Part shown: piece after piece, positions 57,330-64,000 of the stretch
How the letters are laid out: each line of letters begins with the position of its first letter
Numbering within the stretch: position 1 is the first letter of the stretch
DNA from: Minisyncoccota bacterium
GTDB taxonomy: Bacteria; Patescibacteriota; Microgenomatia; UBA1400; PJMF01
DNA: 64,000 nucleotides
Direction of reading: 5' to 3'
Assembly: GCA_003173865.1 (NCBI GenBank)
Contig: PJMF01000010.1
Coordinates: 19,088-83,087 of the forward strand
Position numbers and translations under genes: made by a program
The notes under the pieces: model-generated
Told to the model about the DNA's origin: nothing
The model's database searches: none
What the model saw: only the letters and a program-made list of their open reading frames with translations

Positions 57330-58619
57330 ATGATACTCCTTCTTACTCTGCTAAGCTTGGTTTTCATCCTTCACGGGCTCTGTAACCTGTATTGGCTTCT
57401 GTATGCCTGGCAGGATCTAGAGCACCTGGAAAAGATCACTTCCCCCACGAAATACCTCAACCCTCAGATCTCTTTCACGGCGCTTGTTCCTGCTCGTCAT
57501 GAAGCCTATGTCATCTCTGAAACTATCCGCTCAATCAATGCAATTGAGTATCCAGACCACCTGAAGGAGGTCCTCATCATCTGTAAATCAGATGACAAAG
57601 AAACGGTTAAAGCCGCTCAAAAAACCATTGATGAGCTTCACTCCAGTCGCATTCGGGTCGTTACTTTTAGTGGAGGACCCACCAACAAGCCCCATGGTCT
57701 GAACATTGGTTTGCTCACGGCCAGCCATGACGTCATCGTTATTTTCGACGCCGAGGATCAACCACATACACATCTCTATAAAATTGCAAACACCCTGATG
57801 ACCGAGCAACACCTTGATGTACTTCAATCTGGTGTCCAACTTATGAACTACCGTTCGCACTGGTTTTCCACGCTGAACGTACTCGAGTACTTCTTTTGGT
57901 TTAAGTCAACGCTGCAATTTTTCGCCCAAAGAAAAACGATCCCGCTTGGGGGAAACACCGTCTTCTTCCGCAGGGATGTGTTACTCAAAGCAAATGGCTG
58001 GGATGAAACTTGTTTAACTGAAGACGCTGATATCGGTATTCGGCTGAGTATCGCCGGAGCTAAGATTGGTGTCACATATGATGAAAAGTACGTCACACGA
58101 GAAGAGACACCTTCCTCAATCAATCACTTTATCAAGCAACGCACACGTTGGAATCAAGGCTTTTTACAAATTTTACTCAAAGGTGAGTGGCTTCAACTTC
58201 CTACTATGAGCCAAAGAATACTTTCTGCATATATTTTACTTACGCCGTACATGCAGTCAGTGTTTTTCTTATTTATTCCGTTCTCGCTGTACTTGGCAGT
58301 GACCGCTGCTTTGCCCGTTTGGCTTGTGCTCATCCTGATCGTTCCTTTTTATCTCTTAGTGCTTCAACTTATTATCTGTAACATCGGTCTGTATTTATTT
58401 TGCCGAGCGTACAAAAAACCCTACTACATTTGGTTGCCACTCAAAGTATGTGTGACGTTTTTCCCGTATCAACTTTTACTTGGTATGAGCTCCACTCGTG
58501 CTTTGTGGCGAAATGTATTTGGTAACACGAATTGGGAAAAAACCCTTCATTTGAATGCTCATCGTGAGCCCCAACATGCTACAGTTGATCTTACTTCTTT
58601 CGTTGAAGCAAACGTATGA
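57330..58619 (+). CDS. Processive family-2 glycosyltransferase (cellulose/chitin-synthase-like)
   Basis: DAED (FDAEDQP), TED (CLTEDAD), QRTRW (QxxRW) and C-terminal TM helices. Confidence 0.75.
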   Translation: MILLLTLLSLVFILHGLCNLYWLLYAWQDLEHLEKITSPTKYLNPQISFTALVPARHEAYVISETIRSINAIEYPDHLKEVLIICKSDDKETVKAAQKTIDELHSSRIRVVTFSGGPTNKPHGLNIGLLTASHDVIVIFDAEDQPHTHLYKIANTLMTEQHLDVLQSGVQLMNYRSHWFSTLNVLEYFFWFKSTLQFFAQRKTIPLGGNTVFFRRDVLLKANGWDETCLTEDADIGIRLSIAGAKIGVTYDEKYVTREETPSSINHFIKQRTRWNQGFLQILLKGEWLQLPTMSQRILSAYILLTPYMQSVFFLFIPFSLYLAVTAALPVWLVLILIVPFYLLVLQLIICNIGLYLFCRAYKKPYYIWLPLKVCVTFFPYQLLLGMSSTRALWRNVFGNTNWEKTLHLNAHREPQHATVDLTSFVEANV

Positions 58620-61252
58620 AACATTGGAAATACTGGCTTGTAAAACACTGGTTTGTGATTGTGTTACTGAGTGCGTGTGTAGTTTTTTCGGGAGTTCTTC
58701 ACGCCTGGAACATGACGCATTTCCCATATTATGAAAATGACGAAGCGATTTACTTCACACAAGCATGGACAGTGCTCACTCAAGGCAAGTTATCTCCGTA
58801 TACCTATTGGTATGATCACGCTCCGTTTGGTTGGATTGTCGCATCTGGTTGGATTGCAGTGACAGGAGGTTTATTTACTTTTGGCTTCTCGTTGAACTCG
58901 GCGCGCTGGTTGATGTTTGTGGTTCACTTATGCTCTACTTTTTTACTTTTTTGGGTTGCGAAAAAAGTGACGAAGTCCTACTTTGCAGTAGTCTTAACGC
59001 TTTTTTTCTTTTCGGTCTCACCAATTGCCATTTACTTTCAACGGCGATTTTTACTTGATAACATGATGACGTTTTGGATATTGCTGGGATTGTTTCTCAT
59101 TCTATACGCCCGCAAACGTCTGTGGTACTTTTTTGCAAGCGCAGTGTGTGTGGGCCTCGCTGCTGTATCAAAAGAAAACGGCATCTTCTTCTTTCCGATT
59201 TTTTGGGTGCTCGCAGTTCTGTATGGCCATCCGAAACAAAGAATTTTTATCTTTTTGCAGTGGTGTGCAATTGCCGGCATGACGATCTCGTTTTATCCTC
59301 TGTATGCATTGTTGAAACAAGAGCTTTTCCCGACGGGAACTCTGTTGGGCGGGAGCAAAGAGCACGTGAGTTTGCTGCAAACCCTACAACAACAAACCAG
59401 TCGCGGTTCAGGGCTACCCTTTTGGAAGTGGAACAGCGACTTTCAATTTAATTATCGTTTCTGGTTGTTGAAAGATTCTCTCTTCGTAATTGCAGCATCG
59501 ATCTCATTCGTGATACAGGGGGTGTTAGGAATTTTCCATAAACGAAGTCGTGTAATCTTTTTTCTGACGCTGCCGATGGCGGCTTTTTTAATGAGTGGCA
59601 AGTTAGTAATTAATTTTTATATTATTCCGATCATCCCTTTTGCATCTTTGTGTATTGGATATGCACTGAGCTTAATCATCACGCCAGTCTATCGCGTGAA
59701 TAAAATATTGGGTGTTTTGCTGTTTGTCGTGATACTCGGAGGACTCAGTTATCACTACCTCCAAAGCACTTTTTTACATAGTGTCTTTTTTGATAACGAC
59801 ACTGTGTATCAAGTCCAAGCCATTAACTGGGTGAAAGCAAATCTTGATCCTAAAGCACACATCGCGATGGATTATTATGGCAATCTTGATTTAACAAACT
59901 CACGTTTTAAGGGAGATCCAGCTTTTCAAAATGCAGATTGGTACTGGAAAGTCGATTTTGATCCTGACACACGATACAAAAAACTTGCAAATAATTTTCA
60001 CAATCTCCAATACGTACTCGTGACACCACAGCTCTATAAGGACGTTGCCAGTTACGAATACATCAATCCATTAACTCAACAAGCACTCGAAAATAGCGTT
60101 CAAATAAAATACTTTGGCCCATTGTTTAAACAAGAAAATGACATGACTGCATTTGTTTTGAGTCATCCAAATGGTGACTGGGTCTCGATTTACAAACAAC
60201 TTTCAACCGAAGAAACCCTTCAATATGCATGGCAGTCGTATCGCACTCACCAAGTACTACTCAATGGCGAAGTTCGAGCGCCAAGTGGAAGTAAGACGAG
60301 TAGTAGTGATATTGGACGCACGTTACTCATCGCTGTGCTCCAAAACGATCAGCAAACGTTTGCAAAAGTCTGGAACTGGACCCAGCAAAACATGACACTC
60401 CCAGAAAATAAATTATTCGCGGCTCAACTTGGCGACTCAAATACTTCCAGTGACGCAGATCAATTGATTGCTTTTGCCCTTGACCAAGCCAGTAAAAAAT
60501 GGTCGTCAGAAACATACCGTAACGCTGCAAGAGCAATCGCTCAATCAATTTGGAACCACGAAGTAGTCGAGATTAACAATCGCCACTACCTCGTCGCTGG
60601 TACGTGGACTGCGCAAGCAAACCGGCCAGTTTACTCGCTCAACTTGTCGCATTTTGTGCCACTTTTTTATCGCAGTTTTGCCAAAATTGATAACTCACAT
60701 CCTTGGATGCAGCTCCGGCGAGATATGTATGTCACACTTGATGAGTGTTCGGCAAGTACGTTTGAAACCAAAAACGCTGCATATTTACCTCCCAACTGGT
60801 GCGATGTGACGAATAAAGGACAGATTGTCTTGGCCAAAGAAATTGATCCTCATGCCACTGATTTTTCTTACGAAGCGTATCGTGTGCTGTGGAATATTAG
60901 TTTAGAAGCAGTAATATCCCAAAGTCCCGAAGCAACTGCTTACTTGAAAAAGGTGAATACTCTTTCTCAAGATTGGCAGTCTAAACACATGATCTTTTCG
61001 CAGTATGATCACCAGGGAAAACCTCTTTCCAGTGATGGTTCACTTGATCAATACGTCGCCACATTTGGTTACTTTATCACTCGTGGTGAGCAAGATACTG
61101 CACGCGCAATTTATGAAAAATACGTCTCACCCAGCTTCAAACACAACCAAGACAGTTACTACTGGAGTGATGGCCAAAATACGTTTGAACAAAACTGGAT
61201 TTGGTTAAATATATGGATGTTTCAAGGAAAATTAGAAACAATATCTCCCTAA
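58616..61252 (+). CDS. GT-C-like polytopic membrane glycosyltransferase fused to a C-terminal GH8-like domain
   Basis: N-terminal roughly 400 aa with 11 or more TM helices and a YYENDEAIY loop. C-terminal region resembles GH8/BcsZ (VWNWTQQNM; SNTSSDADQLIAFALDQASKKW). 4-nt overlap with the GT2 gene. Confidence 0.55.
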   Translation: MKHWKYWLVKHWFVIVLLSACVVFSGVLHAWNMTHFPYYENDEAIYFTQAWTVLTQGKLSPYTYWYDHAPFGWIVASGWIAVTGGLFTFGFSLNSARWLMFVVHLCSTFLLFWVAKKVTKSYFAVVLTLFFFSVSPIAIYFQRRFLLDNMMTFWILLGLFLILYARKRLWYFFASAVCVGLAAVSKENGIFFFPIFWVLAVLYGHPKQRIFIFLQWCAIAGMTISFYPLYALLKQELFPTGTLLGGSKEHVSLLQTLQQQTSRGSGLPFWKWNSDFQFNYRFWLLKDSLFVIAASISFVIQGVLGIFHKRSRVIFFLTLPMAAFLMSGKLVINFYIIPIIPFASLCIGYALSLIITPVYRVNKILGVLLFVVILGGLSYHYLQSTFLHSVFFDNDTVYQVQAINWVKANLDPKAHIAMDYYGNLDLTNSRFKGDPAFQNADWYWKVDFDPDTRYKKLANNFHNLQYVLVTPQLYKDVASYEYINPLTQQALENSVQIKYFGPLFKQENDMTAFVLSHPNGDWVSIYKQLSTEETLQYAWQSYRTHQVLLNGEVRAPSGSKTSSSDIGRTLLIAVLQNDQQTFAKVWNWTQQNMTLPENKLFAAQLGDSNTSSDADQLIAFALDQASKKWSSETYRNAARAIAQSIWNHEVVEINNRHYLVAGTWTAQANRPVYSLNLSHFVPLFYRSFAKIDNSHPWMQLRRDMYVTLDECSASTFETKNAAYLPPNWCDVTNKGQIVLAKEIDPHATDFSYEAYRVLWNISLEAVISQSPEATAYLKKVNTLSQDWQSKHMIFSQYDHQGKPLSSDGSLDQYVATFGYFITRGEQDTARAIYEKYVSPSFKHNQDSYYWSDGQNTFEQNWIWLNIWMFQGKLETISP

Positions 61253-62338
61253 GACTATCATCTGTGGCTGGTCGTGAACTTGACCACCGTAGGTAACGGG
61301 CTGAACGCTTAAAGGATAATTTTTCCACCAAGGACCGGCACTCCAGTACACTACGCCAACAATGTTGTGATCGGCAAACGCATTTTTCATAAAGCGGTCC
61401 ATCACATCCAGCCATTGTGGTTGGTTGCCAGGCACACCAAACTCTGTAAACATTCCTTGAGCATGATGCTGCTCAAGCCAATCCAAGAATGGTTTAGAAT
61501 CCGCCTCTACTTGCTGTGGAGCAGTATGGTTTGCTGCAAATGGTCTGAGATATTTTCCTGAGTAGTCATCATCAAAGTATTGATGTGCTGTGTAAATAAT
61601 TTTATTGCTTGGATCTTGAATCGCGAGCCCAGCATTTTGAGCTTGCCATATGCGTGCTTGTTGCCACTCGTACCCGGGAACGAGAATCGGCGTATTTTGG
61701 TCAACACTACGAATTCCAGTGACTACTGTTTGTGCAATCTCTGCCCAACCACTTCCACCTTCAGGCAAGTCATGTGGTTCGTTCATTAACTCGTAACCAT
61801 ATATGTTTGGTGCATCTTTAAATTCTGTCGCAATTCTTTTCCACACGTTAGCAAGTTGTGCTGCGTTTTGGCGGGTGACCGGTTGACGGTAGTAGTATCC
61901 GAAGTTATGTAAATCTAAAATCACTTTTTGGTTTGCAGATTGAGCAATCGAAACCATGTTTTTTAGACCAGCTAAATCAGCTGCGGAAAGCGCTTGCAAC
62001 GGACGAGGTTGAAGGCGTTCCCAAAGGAAGGGAATTCGAACAATTTTTAGATTTTTTTGTGAAAAATATTGAAAATCCTCTGTTTGCGCTGGGTAGTGAT
62101 AATCTTTATTCAAGATACCTGGAATTGCATAATCACCAAACTCTCCGCCACTCATGTTTACGCCACACCTCTTCGCAGCTGTTGGTGCTGCCGTTGGGTT
62201 GCCAGCTTGATTTGCTGGCTGGGTGGTGTTGTTACTCAATTGTGGTGCGTGCGTATTGAGCCAAAAAATGTAGCCCCCAAAGATAAGAATACCGATTAAA
62301 GCAAAGAGATTTTTTTGAGAGAAGAGACGACCGGGCAT
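61232..62338 (-). CDS. Secreted GH5-family glycoside hydrolase
   Basis: Signal peptide, LMNEPHD (NEP acid/base motif), GH5-like TEFG nucleophile region. Confidence 0.7.
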   Translation of the reverse strand: MPGRLFSQKNLFALIGILIFGGYIFWLNTHAPQLSNNTTQPANQAGNPTAAPTAAKRCGVNMSGGEFGDYAIPGILNKDYHYPAQTEDFQYFSQKNLKIVRIPFLWERLQPRPLQALSAADLAGLKNMVSIAQSANQKVILDLHNFGYYYRQPVTRQNAAQLANVWKRIATEFKDAPNIYGYELMNEPHDLPEGGSGWAEIAQTVVTGIRSVDQNTPILVPGYEWQQARIWQAQNAGLAIQDPSNKIIYTAHQYFDDDYSGKYLRPFAANHTAPQQVEADSKPFLDWLEQHHAQGMFTEFGVPGNQPQWLDVMDRFMKNAFADHNIVGVVYWSAGPWWKNYPLSVQPVTYGGQVHDQPQMIVLGRYCF

Positions 62339-62361
62339 TGTGTCATTCTAACATTTTATTT

Positions 62362-62952
62362 TTATTTTTGCTTTTGTTTCTTCCTTTTTTTCCCGCTGAC
62401 GTATTTAAAGTCTTCCCTTTTTATCTGAAAACGAGAACCATTTGCACGATTGGAAATACTTACTCTCACCAAAGTGCCATTAAAATTGAGTAATTCATGA
62501 TCTTCGATTATCCAGTCGATAATGGTAACTTGTTGTAAACTAAGTTCTATACCACATTGCTCGAGATCGTTTAAAAGGTTATTGAAGAAATTTTCACAAA
62601 AAACTTCAAATCTATTGCTTTTTAAAGCATCTTTCGCTTGCTGTGTCATTAACAACTCCATAAAAACCGAAATGCCAATTTTATGGAAATCACAGAAATA
62701 GACAATATCTGCAAATAATTCTGGGATATCCGACAATAACTTTTGAAGCTCCAAGTAAGCATTGTCCATATTGGATGTCTGATCTGCAATTTGTTTTTTC
62801 AATGCGGCAGCTTGTTCGTATTTCGCAACTCGTTTTCTCTTAGCTTCTTGACTCTCTTTGGGAATAGGTTGATGGTTATGGCGAGAACCGGAATGAATTT
62901 CAATCATAAAACCTTTTAGTTGAATATATTTTGGGGAGTATAAAGCACTCAT
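62362..62952 (-). CDS. Hypothetical 196-aa protein
   Basis: ORF only. Confidence 0.3.
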   Translation of the reverse strand: MSALYSPKYIQLKGFMIEIHSGSRHNHQPIPKESQEAKRKRVAKYEQAAALKKQIADQTSNMDNAYLELQKLLSDIPELFADIVYFCDFHKIGISVFMELLMTQQAKDALKSNRFEVFCENFFNNLLNDLEQCGIELSLQQVTIIDWIIEDHELLNFNGTLVRVSISNRANGSRFQIKREDFKYVSGKKRKKQKQK

Positions 62953-63047
62953 TTAATTTTTTAAAATACCAAAAAACCCTCTTTCTGTAACCTCCACTGC
63001 ACTATATACTTTGAATTACTATTATTTGTGAGTGAAAGGGTAGTGTT

Positions 63048-63368
63048 ATGAAACTTTCCACTAAATTTGTAAAATCGGCAGGAGTACTCGTTGCAACGGC
63101 CGCAACCTCTGCAGTGCTCTTCAGTGCATGCAGCAAAGCCAGTACGGACGTTACTGCATCACCAAGCCCAGATGTTACTGAAGCGACACCAGTAGCAACG
63201 GCAATGCCATCGGCAACACCCGAAGCATCTTTAATGCCAACAGCAAAGCCAACGCCTACCCCAAAACCAACGCCCACTCCAAAACCAGTCAAAGGTAAAA
63301 CGAAGATGTCTGCAACTCCAGTTGCTTCACCAGTAGCATCCCCAGCTGATGGTGGCGGTGATCAATAA
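63048..63368 (+). CDS. Lipoprotein with Pro-Thr-rich repeats
   Basis: Lipobox LFSAC; PTPTPKPTPTPKP repeats. Confidence 0.5.
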   Translation: MKLSTKFVKSAGVLVATAATSAVLFSACSKASTDVTASPSPDVTEATPVATAMPSATPEASLMPTAKPTPTPKPTPTPKPVKGKTKMSATPVASPVASPADGGGDQ

Positions 63369-63394
63369 ATTGATCCTTAATGTAAAGAGAAAAA

Positions 63395-63422
63395 CCCCGG
63401 ATTTATCATCTGGGGTTTTTTT
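63395..63422. terminator. Bidirectional intrinsic terminator
   Basis: CCCCGGAT-ttatcat-CTGGGG followed by T7. Confidence 0.6.
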
Positions 63423-63444
63423 ATGCAGTGAAGATAGACAAAAA

Positions 63445-64000
63445 TTAACTTCGGCGCCAATTGTCAATCATTGAGTAGTAAAAGACCTTTGCCCCATCAA
63501 GCAGAAGAAAATACACAATAGTCATTCCAAACACGAATCCAATTGTGCTTGCAGAAAGTGGTACAAATGAAAGTAACTGCGCGATTGGTGGTATATACAG
63601 CAAGAGAAGTGACAACGCGAAAACAACAATCACTGCAATCGTTAATAAACTTGATGGACGGACAGCATTGAAAAACGGTTTTTTTGTCCTGACTGAAAAA
63701 ATGATGATTAACTGAACTAAGGTCAAGAAAAGAAACACCATTGTCTCGGTGCGAACACCTCCCTTCATATGCACAAAACCAAAGAAAATAAACTCGATAA
63801 GAGTTGTTAAAGTTCCGAGGAAAAGAGAGATGAACATCAATGGACGTGGATCATATTTTTGTGGCTGAGCAACTTCTTCCGCATCGATAGTATCAGAATA
63901 AATTGCAATCAACGGAACATCAGTCAGTAAGCTTGTCAATAAAATTTGAATTGGGAGCAAAGGCAAGTTATTGGAAATTAAGTACAACGCGGCTAACGCA
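63445..64000 (-). CDS. P-type cation ATPase, C-terminal portion (gene continues beyond window end)
   Basis: LPLLPIQILLTSLLTDVPLIAIYSDTIDAEEV...YDPRPLM matches the P-type ATPase C-terminal TM7-10 region. The true start is outside the window. Confidence 0.6.
   Translation of the reverse strand, partial: ALAALYLISNNLPLLPIQILLTSLLTDVPLIAIYSDTIDAEEVAQPQKYDPRPLMFISLFLGTLTTLIEFIFFGFVHMKGGVRTETMVFLFLTLVQLIIIFSVRTKKPFFNAVRPSSLLTIAVIVVFALSLLLLYIPPIAQLLSFVPLSASTIGFVFGMTIVYFLLLDGAKVFYYSMIDNWRRS

Noticed and set aside
63002-63292. Minus-strand 96-aa ORF rich in GVG repeats
   Set aside because: It is the antisense shadow of the PT-repeat lipoprotein gene. Other antisense or overlapping track ORFs, for example 13413..13649, 22875..23192, 46250..46816 and 49615..50254, were rejected likewise.
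1-64000. CRISPR arrays, rRNA genes, stop-codon reassignment
   Set aside because: No regularly spaced repeat-spacer arrays and no rRNA-like conserved stretches were seen. The housekeeping ORFs (hisD, rpoD, dnaG, gdhA) are full length under the standard code, so there is no evidence of UGA/UAG recoding.

Overview
This 64 kb window looks like a chromosomal segment of a low-GC bacterium that uses T-box riboswitches. Almost all genes from about 0.9 to 36 kb are co-oriented on the minus strand. Main contents, in order:

(1) A 5'-partial class I aminoacyl-tRNA synthetase gene (TrpRS-like) preceded by a canonical T-box leader.

(2) An accessory run at 0.9-12 kb: HD hydrolase, Zn-ADH, VOC, several GNATs, alpha/beta hydrolases, an AbiEii-like pair, an ANT-like nucleotidyltransferase and a SemiSWEET.

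(3) Orphan gene cassettes bounded by copies of a roughly 30-bp dispersed repeat.

(4) A SLOG/LOG-like gene flanked by 26-bp direct repeats.

(5) A complete histidine module on one strand: promoter and operator, a His-specific T-box leader, tRNA-His(GUG), hisG(long), hisS, hisC, hisD, hisB, a HAD phosphatase, hisH, hisA, hisF, hisI, hisE.

(6) An atypical 106-nt tRNA-like gene with an overlapping orphan ORF, followed by a block of unannotatable genes.

(7) SDR, GNAT, NUDIX, MOSC and MBL genes.

(8) An 8.5 kb integrated plasmid-like element (XRE, iterons, Prim-Pol/helicase, large serine recombinase) abutting a tRNA-Asn(GUU) gene that carries a roughly 189-nt group I intron.

(9) Housekeeping genes: bcp, NYN, rpoD, DsbA-like, gdhA, trxB, trxA, a CsoR-family regulator with a palindromic operator, dnaG, DedA, MFS, and tRNA-Ser(GGA).

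(10) A polysaccharide locus: a processive GT2 (QxxRW), a GT-C-like membrane protein fused to a GH8 domain, and a GH5 glycoside hydrolase.

(11) A PT-rich lipoprotein and a partial P-type ATPase.

No CRISPR array or rRNA was seen. All calls rest on reading the sequence and ORF translations by eye; no database searches were run.
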